Shown here in pieces: positions 20,081 to 30,663 of a DNA stretch of 64,000 nucleotides. A program made the translations under genes and the position numbers. The stretch spans positions 32,001-96,000 of IMG/VR virus record IMGVR_UViG_3300033064_003894. One strand, written 5' to 3'. Under the pieces are notes generated by a model. The model was not told the origin of the DNA. It saw only the letters and a list, made by a program, of their open reading frames with translations, and ran no database searches. The stretch is from a virus. Within the stretch, counting starts at the first letter, position 1, and the number at the start of each line of letters is the position of its first letter.

Positions 20081-22135
20081 ATGTCAAAAAAAGCATTCGA
20101 TGTAAATAATTCTGTAACTAGCAGTGAAACCATTTCGGTGTCTTCTGGAGCATTCCTAGTACAGCAAGAATATACAACTACAGGCTTTACAAGACTGTAT
20201 TTGAATGACAATGCAATAAAGGGCACAGACGTAACTGACATATCTGGATATGCCATAGGAATGTATTCTAATAGCGTTACTCCTGGGTCTAAGTTCCCAT
20301 GGAACGCATCTGATCCTGTAACAGGAAGATGCATAGAATTTAACGGAACCTCTAGTTATATAAGAGTAGACACAGTTGAAGGAATACAGGACTACAAAGA
20401 TTTCACGATAAAAGCTCTTGTATACCCAGATAGTGTCGCGTCTGAGAGTACTCTTTTTTGCTCGTCACGAGACGCCTATTCACCTTATAGATTATATATT
20501 GATAGCGGATATGTAAAGTTTCAATGGAAAGACCTTTCTGGAGTGACAACAACAAAGACTGGACACGCTATTTCTGATAATGAGCTATCCGCTCTATACC
20601 TCTCATTTGGAGAATCAGAAATAGTGTTTAAGAAGTCTGGACAGTCCGATATATCTTTTACTGGGTCTAATCACTATTTAAGACACACTAATGAGCCTAT
20701 ATATGTTGGTGGAGACGGAGACTCAAAAGACAACTATTTTGATGGCTTTCTAGGGAAGGTTCAGTATGAAAAAGTAGCACTAGGATCAACCACTAGCTTT
20801 ACTGTGTCTTCTCTATATGACGTATCTGTTCCGTATATAACTTCAACCGCTAGTATAGATGCAAACTATGTCCCGTATAGAGTTGATATAAGCAAATACA
20901 ATGATTCAAGAAACTGCTCATTGGCTTATCTAATATCAACTAATAGCGGATCAACATGGCTTACAAACACGTCATCATCTTGGGCGTCCACAGACGGGAT
21001 TTCCGACTACTGTGACCTAGGACACATAAATGCCATACTTGACCAGTTAACATGCGGAAGTTCTACTGAGCTTTCACTGCGCGTGTTTCTTAAATCAGAC
21101 GGGACAGATGGAGGAGGCATTCTGTCTTCATCTATTTCTTATATCTATGACAATTCCGTAACTTCATTTGACAATCCAGATGTTACTTTCGGAACCACTG
21201 AAAATATATTTAATTCTGGGTATGTTAGCTCGTCTATTCGGCCAGGAGATGTCCCAATAATATTTATTGGAGACTCCATCTCTGGCCCATTTACTACATA
21301 CTCACCATCTATTTCTTTTTCTGGATATGACGACAGAAATAGCATGATTAGGGATCTTGAGGTGTCATTCGATGGTCAGTTCTGCTCGTCTGATTTGATA
21401 ATATCCACCTCTGCTGACTCAGTAGAAAAATACTTATTCTTGAGTATTGGTGATAACGCAGGAGTCCCATACAGTGACTCTGGCGGATCAACCGTGTCAA
21501 TACGTGGACATTACGTTACAATTTCTTCATATGCAAATACTGGTGTATATGATTCTCCTACATTGTCAGTATTTGATATATCACGTGTTGACCCAATAAG
21601 TATTATTGATTCATATAAAAGCACATCATCAGGCCCAATAGAAGTGTCTCTTCCATCTGGCAGCTATAAGTTTGAATTAATACAGGAGGATGGAGGAGTA
21701 TTCACGATCTCAAAAACAATATCATCTGATGATCAGTTCAGCATAAATTCTCTTCCTCCTAAGAGGTCTTCATCTCAGCCGCTAATAAGCATAAATATTA
21801 TAGATGTAATTGTAGACCAGCTTTCATGCGTTAAAGGCGACACTCCAACGATATCTCTTTATATAGTAGATAAAAAGACAAGAATACCTAAAGACATAAC
21901 AGACTTTAATGTGTTCTTCAGACTAAAAGAGGCGTATGGAGATACCGTAATTGTTGACAGACAATGCTCAAATATACAACCATCGTACGGAAAGTGCTCC
22001 GTACAGCTAACTTCTGATGACACAAATACAAACGGAAAGTTCATTGGTGAGCTTAAATTAATAAAAATAAGCGGATCAGAGGAGGTAATCACTTCACTCC
22101 CTAGATTTATTTTTTACATAAACGACAGCTTCTAA
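20081..22135 (+). CDS. Virion protein with a LamG/concanavalin A-like domain and a C-terminal BppU-like domain
   Basis: CIEFNGTSSYI..DFTIKALVYP..IYVGG..YFDGFLG (LamG). KGDTPTI..DITD..LTSDDT..GKFIGEL (BppU-like). TAATAATG start. Confidence 0.65.
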   Translation: MSKKAFDVNNSVTSSETISVSSGAFLVQQEYTTTGFTRLYLNDNAIKGTDVTDISGYAIGMYSNSVTPGSKFPWNASDPVTGRCIEFNGTSSYIRVDTVEGIQDYKDFTIKALVYPDSVASESTLFCSSRDAYSPYRLYIDSGYVKFQWKDLSGVTTTKTGHAISDNELSALYLSFGESEIVFKKSGQSDISFTGSNHYLRHTNEPIYVGGDGDSKDNYFDGFLGKVQYEKVALGSTTSFTVSSLYDVSVPYITSTASIDANYVPYRVDISKYNDSRNCSLAYLISTNSGSTWLTNTSSSWASTDGISDYCDLGHINAILDQLTCGSSTELSLRVFLKSDGTDGGGILSSSISYIYDNSVTSFDNPDVTFGTTENIFNSGYVSSSIRPGDVPIIFIGDSISGPFTTYSPSISFSGYDDRNSMIRDLEVSFDGQFCSSDLIISTSADSVEKYLFLSIGDNAGVPYSDSGGSTVSIRGHYVTISSYANTGVYDSPTLSVFDISRVDPISIIDSYKSTSSGPIEVSLPSGSYKFELIQEDGGVFTISKTISSDDQFSINSLPPKRSSSQPLISINIIDVIVDQLSCVKGDTPTISLYIVDKKTRIPKDITDFNVFFRLKEAYGDTVIVDRQCSNIQPSYGKCSVQLTSDDTNTNGKFIGELKLIKISGSEEVITSLPRFIFYINDSF

Positions 22136-23523
22136 TTGTAATTAACTCTATATCCTGTTAAGACCTCATCGTTTAGCCTTGATGGAGTTGTAAGAAGCCA
22201 CATTATTCTTTCGAAAGGGACTTCTTTCTCAAACCCTTGGTCTGCGTTGTACCCGTCAGTAAACATTACAATTAGGTCTAATCCTCCTATCTCTCCGTTT
22301 TCGTATAATTCATTTATTCTTTTTAGTACTGGGCCGAACATTGTTCCTCCTCTACCAAAAGCTTTTTTAGGCAAATCATATTCGTCTCCAATTTCAGACT
22401 CATACTGAACATCTGTATCGAACATTATAAAATACAGTTCTGCATTATTGGTTTCACAAATTCCTTTAGCTTCAGATATAGCTCTTGTGATCTCTTCATC
22501 TGACATCGATCCGCTTGTGTCTACAGCAAACACAACGTAAGACCTGTTTGAGTACAATGATGGTAGGAAAACCTCTTGCCCTATTGATTTTCTAGATCTC
22601 TTTGACCAAGAGTAGTCTTCTTTGTCGTTTGATGCCATGCTAACCAATTTGGAGAGAGCTTCACGCCAGTCTATCTTTGCCTCATATATTTCGTTAAGTT
22701 CTTGGAAGTGAAGTCCAGGTATTATTCCAGCAGTACGCTCTCTTTCATTAGATAGAGTTGACCTCTCCATCCAATAGTTTTTCCATCTTTCTTGCTCTTC
22801 GTGACTCATTTCGTTAGTAGCAGGAAAGCTTATGTCTCCAGAATCACCGTATCTGTCCATGAAGCTCTTTGATGAAGATGACTCATGAGGACCCTTCCCG
22901 CCCTTCTTTCCATCACCTGATGAACCTTTTTGTTTGTACTTTAATTTGGAAGACTTAATTAATAGATTATACACAACTTCCGTAGTGTACGACCTCATGA
23001 ATTCTTCTTCTTTTACTACAGTGACTATCTCATTAAATTCTTTTAAACCTAGCATGTAAGGGATGCTGTAACCTAATACCTTAGAGAGTATTATATTTAT
23101 AACAATGTCTCCAGAAATATTCCATATCAAAGCATCTCTGTCATCCTTTCTTAGGGCATGAAGGTATACACAATGAAACAGCTCATGAAGCAATAGAAAC
23201 AGTATCCCCTTTGAATAATACACCTCTTTGCTATAAAAAGGACCTTTCACTTTTCCTTTTTCAGACGTATAGCAGTAATCCAGATACTTACCTAAATTAG
23301 TTATATTGAAATATATTGTTCTTTGTCCGTCCGTAAATGCAGGTGCATTTACAAACTCTTCGTGTTTAAATATTTTAACTATTTTGCAACCAAGTACAGC
23401 TGACGCCCAGTATGAATAGTTCTTTGCTAGGTAAACCCGTGCAGCTCCTAAGTATTTATTAAAGTCATCTTCTGATAAGTCTGTATTTATTAATAAAGCC
23501 TCATCTGGAATATTGACGCCCAT
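22132..23523 (-). CDS. DUF2201-type metallopeptidase + VWA domain protein
   Basis: AFTDG, LLHELFH and WNISGDIVIN in the N-terminal half; MIDAS DTSGSMS, GRGGT and FTDG in the C-terminal half. Confidence 0.85.
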   Translation of the reverse strand: MGVNIPDEALLINTDLSEDDFNKYLGAARVYLAKNYSYWASAVLGCKIVKIFKHEEFVNAPAFTDGQRTIYFNITNLGKYLDYCYTSEKGKVKGPFYSKEVYYSKGILFLLLHELFHCVYLHALRKDDRDALIWNISGDIVINIILSKVLGYSIPYMLGLKEFNEIVTVVKEEEFMRSYTTEVVYNLLIKSSKLKYKQKGSSGDGKKGGKGPHESSSSKSFMDRYGDSGDISFPATNEMSHEEQERWKNYWMERSTLSNERERTAGIIPGLHFQELNEIYEAKIDWREALSKLVSMASNDKEDYSWSKRSRKSIGQEVFLPSLYSNRSYVVFAVDTSGSMSDEEITRAISEAKGICETNNAELYFIMFDTDVQYESEIGDEYDLPKKAFGRGGTMFGPVLKRINELYENGEIGGLDLIVMFTDGYNADQGFEKEVPFERIMWLLTTPSRLNDEVLTGYRVNYN

Positions 23524-24567
23524 TTACAAAACACTCCTCTCCATGTCCTGAGCTATGCCAAACTCTTTGGCGGTTTTAAGGTAATCCACTATTTTTCTAG
23601 TAATTATATGCCTCTTTCCTTTTATATCCCTAGCTGACCTTATAACAAAAGCTATAAGCTCTTTAGGTGCGTCAGCCAGCAACACAACGTTTTCAAATGC
23701 AGAAATGTCTTCTTGTTTTCTTCCTACAACCTCTACTACATTCTGAAGGCAGAAGAAAATTAATGCGGCATCTTTTTGCTTGTTTACTTCTTTAATAAGT
23801 TGAGGGTTTGCCAGTATCTCTTCAGGAGGCGGAACCTTCTTTGTCAGCTTAGTGAAAGCGGAAAACCTTGCCCCATGTTCTTTCCCGACTGATCCATAAA
23901 TTGAGTTCTGCGTGCCCAAATCTTCAATGTCTTCAAATGCATTCAATACGTGACTTACAAAAGTCCACGTTCTTGGAGTAGGGTATGCATAGAAGTCCTT
24001 AACCTCTTTTGATGGGATAGAAATAAGATCTTTAGGATTTGCTGCGATGAAGCTAACAACTTCATTTCTAATGTTTGAAGTAATTGCCCAATCTATCCAC
24101 TCTCGATGATTGCACTCTACTGTATAGTGTATAAATCTGTTCTTTAAAGGAAGAGGTAGCTCGTATCCAAACATACCAGCACCCTTCTGGTTACTTGCCG
24201 CACAAACAATAGTATCTGCAGGCAGACGCAACTCTCCGCACCGCCTGTCTAGAATAAGTTGATATGCTGCAGCGAGTGTTGCATTTGTTGCGTGGTTTAG
24301 TTCATCTAAAAATAGAATTGTTTTTTCTTTAAATGATAAGAATGATGGCGGGCACCATGTAGCATGACCGTTATGAACTACAGGTAGTCCTCTAATTTCT
24401 GTAGGATCTATCTGTGAAAGTCTTATATCTTGTACGTTATATCCCATCTTTTTCCCTGCTTCCCTTACGGCATCTGACTTGCCTATCCCTGGATGCCCCC
24501 AAAATATCATAGACATAGGAAGCTTTTTTGTAATAATGCTTATCATCTCATTTGTAGTTATTGCCAT
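23524..24567 (-). CDS. MoxR-like AAA+ ATPase
   Basis: GHPGIGKS (Walker A), LFLDELN (Walker B), PLKNRF, PTPRTW. The likely start is MAITTNEM. Confidence 0.85.
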   Translation of the reverse strand: MAITTNEMISIITKKLPMSMIFWGHPGIGKSDAVREAGKKMGYNVQDIRLSQIDPTEIRGLPVVHNGHATWCPPSFLSFKEKTILFLDELNHATNATLAAAYQLILDRRCGELRLPADTIVCAASNQKGAGMFGYELPLPLKNRFIHYTVECNHREWIDWAITSNIRNEVVSFIAANPKDLISIPSKEVKDFYAYPTPRTWTFVSHVLNAFEDIEDLGTQNSIYGSVGKEHGARFSAFTKLTKKVPPPEEILANPQLIKEVNKQKDAALIFFCLQNVVEVVGRKQEDISAFENVVLLADAPKELIAFVIRSARDIKGKRHIITRKIVDYLKTAKEFGIAQDMERSVL

Positions 24568-25274
24568 CTTTCGTCCATTTGCTGTATTCCTTTTAGTCCA
24601 ACGTCTACATGACCAGACTGACATTCACCGAGTCCGTTTTTCTTGATTATTCTTGAGAACCCTTTAAATGAACCATCTTCACTAAAAACTGTTTCACATC
24701 TAATAACAACATCTGCCCAAAAAGGGACTCTTTTATAACAGTCAATTATTCTTTCTCCTGTCCTTCCAGAAGCGAACTCATCCTTCATTTGAGCTGTTGC
24801 CACTATAATTGCATTAAGAGATCTTAATATGAACATAACCTCATCTATCATAGATGAAACCTCTGTCCACATTATAGTTGGCTCTATTTGAGAAGGGTTC
24901 TTTCTTGCGTACTCATCTTGAGCAAACTGAACCAATGTAGTAATTGAGTCAATTACAAGAGTTGGCTTTGCATATTGTTCTTTGCACCCCTCATAAGGAA
25001 TTTTAGACTTAACTGAAGTAGTGAGCGAGGCAAACTCTTTAATAACAAGTACTAGTTCTTTCCAATTTCTTGGACTATGGACTAACACGTCTTCATCATT
25101 TATATTCAATACATCATAGACCGTGGAAGCTCTTTGATCAAAGTCTATAATTACTGTTGGGCGTGTAAAATTAAATGCGTTAAATGTTTTTCCTGTTCCT
25201 GGTTCTCCATAATAAAGAATTGCTCCAGGGCAGGCTCTATCTATTTCTGCTAACTTTTTAAGTATCTTTGCCAT
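24558..25274 (-). CDS. AAA_24/Sak4-like P-loop NTPase (putative ssDNA annealing/recombination)
   Basis: YGEPGTGKT, IIDFD, LVIDSIT, VATAQ. Confidence 0.75.
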   Translation of the reverse strand: MAKILKKLAEIDRACPGAILYYGEPGTGKTFNAFNFTRPTVIIDFDQRASTVYDVLNINDEDVLVHSPRNWKELVLVIKEFASLTTSVKSKIPYEGCKEQYAKPTLVIDSITTLVQFAQDEYARKNPSQIEPTIMWTEVSSMIDEVMFILRSLNAIIVATAQMKDEFASGRTGERIIDCYKRVPFWADVVIRCETVFSEDGSFKGFSRIIKKNGLGECQSGHVDVGLKGIQQMDERWQ

Positions 25275-25290
25275 CTGTTAGAATGTAACG

Positions 25291-25860
25291 GTGACTTCCG
25301 TGCTTGACTTCACAGCCAAGAAGATCAAACTAATAAGGCCAACGAAGCCTGGGTTTTTGCTTCTTCAGTATGCTAATGGAGAAAAAGAGATAATAAGCGT
25401 GTTTGACGCTCCAAATCTTTCAAGTGTAATTACTGAATCTCCTGATCTCGTTGGGCACTCATTTTCTTTATGCCCTTATTGTTCTGATTTTTTGAATGAG
25501 AAATACAAGTATATATACTACGCAAAAGTAATTAAGGGTCGCGTATATTCATACAGATCAAAGGAGTTCAAAGAGATAATACTTGAACGTTCTTGTGACT
25601 CATGCAAAATATCTCTATTTGAATGGGAAATAGACTCTCCATTCATTGAGGCAGAACATATAACCTTCCTAGGTGTAAGAACCTTAATTCGTAAGGAAAT
25701 GGTAATCATGTCTCCAAATGTATGCCCAGGAGTAAGGCTTGTGGCAATTGGAAATAAGCAGCACGTTTCTACATGCGAAGAGTTCCCAAGATGTAAAAAT
25801 ACTATGGTTTGCTTGCCCGATTGGCATATTACTATAAATAAGAGTAAAATAACTATATAG
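25291..25860 (+). CDS. Hypothetical zinc-binding protein
   Basis: CPYC, CDSC and CEEFPRC. GTG start 6 nt after TGTTAGAAT. Confidence 0.55.
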   Translation: MTSVLDFTAKKIKLIRPTKPGFLLLQYANGEKEIISVFDAPNLSSVITESPDLVGHSFSLCPYCSDFLNEKYKYIYYAKVIKGRVYSYRSKEFKEIILERSCDSCKISLFEWEIDSPFIEAEHITFLGVRTLIRKEMVIMSPNVCPGVRLVAIGNKQHVSTCEEFPRCKNTMVCLPDWHITINKSKITI

Positions 25861-25897
25861 TCGGTAATAAAATAATCATACTGTTTTTTCTGATATC

Positions 25898-26554
25898 TTG
25901 AAAAACCTTATAGAAAAATTAGGCAGGTGCAGAAGGTGCCAGGCACTAGCGATTGATGGCCAGACAGCCTGCTCTGATTGTGCCAAAAATAAAAGAGCTG
26001 AAATGAAGTCTCTTAATAAAGAAAGAAAAGAAAATGGATTATGCACTTCATGTGGGGGCATTATAAACTCTTATTTCATTACATGTAAAAAATGCAGAGA
26101 TAAAAGCTTACAATGGAGGAGATCAAGAATCGCCAAAGGACTTTGCTATACTTGTGTGAAAAACACTCCAGTATACTGTAAAAGGCAATGTTCTTCTTGT
26201 ATCGAATCTAGAATCAGTAAAGAGTTAACTCCATCTGGTAGATATAGGAAAGCCGTAACTCAAGCAAAAGTTCGTGCAAAAAGTAGGAATATTTTGTTTG
26301 AAAATGAGATAATTTTATTTTTTACAAATAATCCACCGATGTATTGTCTTTGTTGTTGAGTTGAGTTTGATTTTTCTCTTGGTAATGGAGGCTCTAATAA
26401 AAATAAAAGCCCTTCTCTTGATAGAGTAGATAATTCTAAAGGATATACCGTAGATAATGTAAAGGCTATTTGTTTTAAGTGCAATACAAGAAAAAATAAT
26501 ATGTCTATAAAAGACGTTGAAGATCTCTTGAATTATATGAAACTTAATACATAA
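25898..26554 (+). pseudogene. HNH-type endonuclease with Cys-rich repeats, interrupted by an in-frame TGA at 26357-26359
   Basis: After YCLCC* the same frame continues VEFDF..SPSLDRVDNSKGYTVDNVKAICFKCNTRK (His-Me/HNH-like core) to TAA at 26554. Confidence 0.8.
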
Positions 26555-26618
26555 GTCTGATTGGCGCATATTAAATATTTACGGTAAAATAATCTTGTAA
26601 ACCAAACCAAAAATAAAA

Positions 26619-27497
26619 ATGTTTCGATTAGCTTCTAAAATAATAGACTGGGTTGACGAGGGGAACATACCTCTTTCTTCCGTCGCATTCCCACATAGCT
26701 TTGACGAATATGCGTTAATAATTGAAGATGAGGATGGTGTTATAGGCCGTAAGTTTCCAGTTAATAACAAGCAGAATCTAGTCAAGTCACTTGACAGCTT
26801 CTCTAAATACGCAAGCAGGCTTCTCCCTCTACATAGAAGAACGGCGGCACATTATATACACCAGGAGTGCTCAAGATACGAAATGCCTACAACAGATGTA
26901 GTAAATAAATATAATGATCCGGAAATTAATTCTAGGATGGTCTCATATAAAGAGGCATATGTTGACTATCAGCCAGAGATGTTTAAAAAGTACGCTAGCA
27001 GCCTAATATCAAATAATAATGAAACATCAGCTCCTTCTGAATATGTAGTTGACTCCAACTTTTTAAAACAGGCTTATTATGATTTTAAGGACATTCTTCT
27101 TGAATCTGGACTAATAAAAACTGCTAACGATCCTGAGCTTTCTGTAATTAAATCAGAGCTTTCAGATGACATAACAAATGAAGTTCTTCATAAGATAGCA
27201 GAATATATATATAACAAAGTATCTCCTACACTATTTGAAAAAACTAAGTATTTCTATAAAACTACATATCCAAAACATGTAATAGAAAAAACTGCTTCCA
27301 AAGTAGACCAACGCATATTAGAATACATTGAAGACAATGCACACAAGCTTCATGGATATTTTGATAACGCATTTATACATAAGCTAGCAAATGATGCAGA
27401 AGTTGTTTTATCTGACACACCAGATAAAGTTTGCTTAAAAATAGTGGAGATACTAAATGGACAACCAAAGTGGAAAGGCTCTCGTAAGTCTAGTTAA
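26619..27497 (+). CDS. Putative internal head/virion protein
   Basis: Upstream of the portal; repeated K-x-A motifs; RKFP motif. Confidence 0.5.
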   Translation: MFRLASKIIDWVDEGNIPLSSVAFPHSFDEYALIIEDEDGVIGRKFPVNNKQNLVKSLDSFSKYASRLLPLHRRTAAHYIHQECSRYEMPTTDVVNKYNDPEINSRMVSYKEAYVDYQPEMFKKYASSLISNNNETSAPSEYVVDSNFLKQAYYDFKDILLESGLIKTANDPELSVIKSELSDDITNEVLHKIAEYIYNKVSPTLFEKTKYFYKTTYPKHVIEKTASKVDQRILEYIEDNAHKLHGYFDNAFIHKLANDAEVVLSDTPDKVCLKIVEILNGQPKWKGSRKSS

Positions 27498-28293
27498 GTA
27501 TGGATTCGATCCTGAAGACTCAGATCTTCATTCTGCCCTAATAGGTGATGAGGATTCTGGGACAATTGTCGGCTCTGTTCCTATAGTATCAAAAACAAAT
27601 ATAGACGAGATTATGGACATCTCTAAGTCTCCAACTTCTGGAGACTTGTTTCTTCAAGAAAATGATTCTACAATAGATCAGGACGAAGAAGAAATAGACA
27701 CTTTAGAGGAGCTTTCAGGAGCACAACAGTCTGACATTTATAAGTTTTTGAAGTCACATTATGGAGACTCTTTCATAAGGTGGGAGCCAGAAACTTTAAG
27801 GGTGGTCTTGGCTGACGATCTTAATTCTACAGATATACCAGACAATGTTTGGGAGACTATCTTGGCAATAAAAACAGCCGCTGTAGGAGTATCTTGGGAT
27901 AACTATATCGCATTTGAAAAGTCATCCTTGGCAATATCTGGTATGCCAGTGGACCCAGGATCTATACAATATGTATCACCTAAGCAAATGTACAGAATGT
28001 ATACTTTTATGAAGGAGATAGATCCTGGACAGACATTCAGTGATGAAGTACTTAGGTATATAGCAGCACGATTATTTTCTGACAATCTTGTTTACTCAAT
28101 AGGAGCATTCCCTGATGATGTTCAAACACATATAGAGAGTCTTGGAGTGTCAAGAGATTTAGTTACAAAGGTTTCAGAGAAATTGCACTCTTTTGGTGAC
28201 CTTTCTAGAGATAGCATTCCTTCATTCATTGGTGAATTATCAGAGAATGCTGTTGATATACAAATAGCCAGGTATCTTGATATGATCTCATGA
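27457..28293 (+). CDS. Putative virion/head-morphogenesis protein
   Basis: 278 aa with a WEPETL motif, in the portal operon. Confidence 0.5.
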   Translation: MDNQSGKALVSLVKYGFDPEDSDLHSALIGDEDSGTIVGSVPIVSKTNIDEIMDISKSPTSGDLFLQENDSTIDQDEEEIDTLEELSGAQQSDIYKFLKSHYGDSFIRWEPETLRVVLADDLNSTDIPDNVWETILAIKTAAVGVSWDNYIAFEKSSLAISGMPVDPGSIQYVSPKQMYRMYTFMKEIDPGQTFSDEVLRYIAARLFSDNLVYSIGAFPDDVQTHIESLGVSRDLVTKVSEKLHSFGDLSRDSIPSFIGELSENAVDIQIARYLDMIS

Positions 28294-28511
28294 TAACACC
28301 AATAATAATAGACAAAAAAGATATCCTACCTCAAAAGTCTAAGGAGTATCTTTATGACCACTCTATTAGCACTCTAGGAGGGATTGAGCGTAACAAACCT
28401 GTAAAGTTTTGGTTAAGTCAGGCCCTTAAAATATTAAAGATAAGGGCAAAGCCTGCAAAGAGAATATTGTCTAATATTGGGGAAGCGTATGAAGAAGAGA
28501 ATAAAAAATAA
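28290..28511 (+). CDS. Small hypothetical protein
   Basis: 73 aa, coupled on both sides (ATGA, TAATG). Confidence 0.5.
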   Translation: MITPIIIDKKDILPQKSKEYLYDHSISTLGGIERNKPVKFWLSQALKILKIRAKPAKRILSNIGEAYEEENKK

Positions 28512-30295
28512 TGTCAATAAATTCTAATGACCTAGTGTTTGGCAAGTCAAGAGGGGGATATTATCAGTCTCCTTATTATGATATAGCAAGAACGTATCTT
28601 CCAAAGAACATGGAAGACCTAATTCGTTGGTGCAGATATTATTTTGAGAACAACCCAATTATTCACCAGGCCATTAGGCGTATGTCTTCATATCCAGTAA
28701 CTGACATTATGTTGTCAGATGAAATATCAAAAACTGCAAAAGGCAGAGCAGAAGACCTAGTCTCTCAGCTAAAGCTTAGAGACCATTCAATAGATATAGC
28801 AATACAATATTTTACATTTGGCAATGCATTTTCTTCTGTTTCTCACCCATTTCTAAGATACTACAAGTGCTTAAAGTGCACAAAAGAAAACTCACAGGCG
28901 ATGATTTTGCAGACGAGGGGATACAAGAAGTCTATATTTAAAATAAGAACAGTCAGCGGTAAACAGATTATAACACTAGACAGGTGTCATTTCTGCAGAG
29001 AGACTAATGTACCAGTAGATATAATAGATAAACCAGTTAGCGATATTAGTAAGATTAAGATTATCTTGTGGGATCCATCTTATATTCGTATTGACTACAA
29101 TGAGGTATCTGGGGAGAGAAATTACAGATACATACTCCCAGAATCTTCACGTAAATCTATACTTGATGGATTGACGTTTCCTATAACTACTTCACCTAAA
29201 ATATTCATTGATGCGGCACTTCAAGATAAAGACATTATAATAGAGAAGTCGTCATTCTTCCATTTCGCCAGAAACACTGTTTGTTCATCTAACGGATGGG
29301 GAATACCAATAATTCAGCCAGTATTAAGAGAACTGTTCTATATGCAGGTTCTTAAGAAAGCTAGCGAGGCTATTGCTATGCAGCACGTTACGCCTTTGAC
29401 AATATTGTTCCCTGGAGACTCTGGCGGTTCTAATGTATACCAAACACTTGACTTGGGAAACTGGTCAAAGAATGTTGAGGATCAAATTAAGAAGTGGAGG
29501 AGAGATCCTAACCACATGCCAATAATGCCATCACCAGTAGGAGTTGAGTATGTTGGTGGACAGTATAGAACACTTGATCCTCACCCACTAATTGAGCAAT
29601 CAGCTAGTGACATATCTGTAGGCATGGGTGTACCTAAAGAGTTTCTTTATGGAGGGACGTCATTCTCTGGAGCGTCAATTGCTTTGAGAATGCTGGAGAA
29701 TGATTTCATTAACTTAAGGACCTCTCTACTTGAGTACATGAATGAATTCTTAATACCTAGAATTTCAAAGATAGCAAACGTTTCCACTTTCACTCTTAAG
29801 TTTGGAAACATGAGGACTGCTGACGATATTCAAATAAAAGAAACTCTGCTTAGGCTTGCACAGCATGGGTTGATATCAAAAACTACAGTTCTTGCAGAAC
29901 TTGGATTTGATTACGCTAAAGAAACCGATAACATGCTATCAGAGCAGAAAGACCTAGCAAATCTTCAATCTACAATTACATCTGACGAGGGCGGAATTCC
30001 TACAACGCTTTCTAATATTAATGTACCGTTTGGTGACGGATCAATGATGATAGGACAAGTTGGAGAAGAGGCTATATCTGTTATATCTAAGATTATATCT
30101 ACAGCTGACCCTCTAATAGGAACTCAGATACTAGAATATATGCAGTCAATATCTCCAAACGTTCACGGCGCAGTTTCATCCTTTATAGCAAACAATTCAA
30201 GATCTTCTGTCCCTAAAGAAGATAAAGAAGGAGGAACAGACATGAGGCCAACACCAAGTCAGAAACCACCTAGACGTACTAAGTCAACAATATAA
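28511..30295 (+). CDS. Portal protein with a zinc-ribbon insertion
   Basis: NPIIHQAI..YP, YFTFGNAF, FFHFAR..GWGIPII, GMGVPKEFL, GLISKTTVL; the 594-aa size is typical. Confidence 0.75.
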   Translation: MSINSNDLVFGKSRGGYYQSPYYDIARTYLPKNMEDLIRWCRYYFENNPIIHQAIRRMSSYPVTDIMLSDEISKTAKGRAEDLVSQLKLRDHSIDIAIQYFTFGNAFSSVSHPFLRYYKCLKCTKENSQAMILQTRGYKKSIFKIRTVSGKQIITLDRCHFCRETNVPVDIIDKPVSDISKIKIILWDPSYIRIDYNEVSGERNYRYILPESSRKSILDGLTFPITTSPKIFIDAALQDKDIIIEKSSFFHFARNTVCSSNGWGIPIIQPVLRELFYMQVLKKASEAIAMQHVTPLTILFPGDSGGSNVYQTLDLGNWSKNVEDQIKKWRRDPNHMPIMPSPVGVEYVGGQYRTLDPHPLIEQSASDISVGMGVPKEFLYGGTSFSGASIALRMLENDFINLRTSLLEYMNEFLIPRISKIANVSTFTLKFGNMRTADDIQIKETLLRLAQHGLISKTTVLAELGFDYAKETDNMLSEQKDLANLQSTITSDEGGIPTTLSNINVPFGDGSMMIGQVGEEAISVISKIISTADPLIGTQILEYMQSISPNVHGAVSSFIANNSRSSVPKEDKEGGTDMRPTPSQKPPRRTKSTI

Positions 30296-30663
30296 TGTCA
30301 AACATATTCTTCGCTGGAGAAACAGTACCTAGAACACTTGAAACTAAAAATCACGCTGAGTCTCTTGATAAATCAATAAACCCTGACGATATAATAGCAA
30401 AGGCTGCTGAGGATAATAAGGGTAAAAGAGCTATAGCCTCTGAAGAAGTTAAGGCTCCTGAAGAAATGAGACCTTCATATTTGAAGTATCACTTTTTTGA
30501 GCTACCTAAAGACTCCGTTGAATACGAAACCGTTTGTAAGAAGATCTCTGAAAAAAAATATTCATTTGCTAAGGAAATAGTCAGGGATGTTAACGATGAC
30601 ATTGGTTCAATCGCTATTCATTTGTTCCTTACAGAGACTAGGATTGCGAGTAGTATTCATTAA
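30295..30663 (+). CDS. Hypothetical protein
   Basis: 122 aa, TAATG-coupled to the portal. Confidence 0.55.
   Translation: MSNIFFAGETVPRTLETKNHAESLDKSINPDDIIAKAAEDNKGKRAIASEEVKAPEEMRPSYLKYHFFELPKDSVEYETVCKKISEKKYSFAKEIVRDVNDDIGSIAIHLFLTETRIASSIH

Noticed and set aside
26357-26359. Genome-wide TGA recoding (code 4 or 25)
   Set aside because: ORFs of 900-2464 aa contain no in-frame TGA, and TGA is used as a stop in many ATGA overlaps (4179, 8119, 17064, 28290, 36476)
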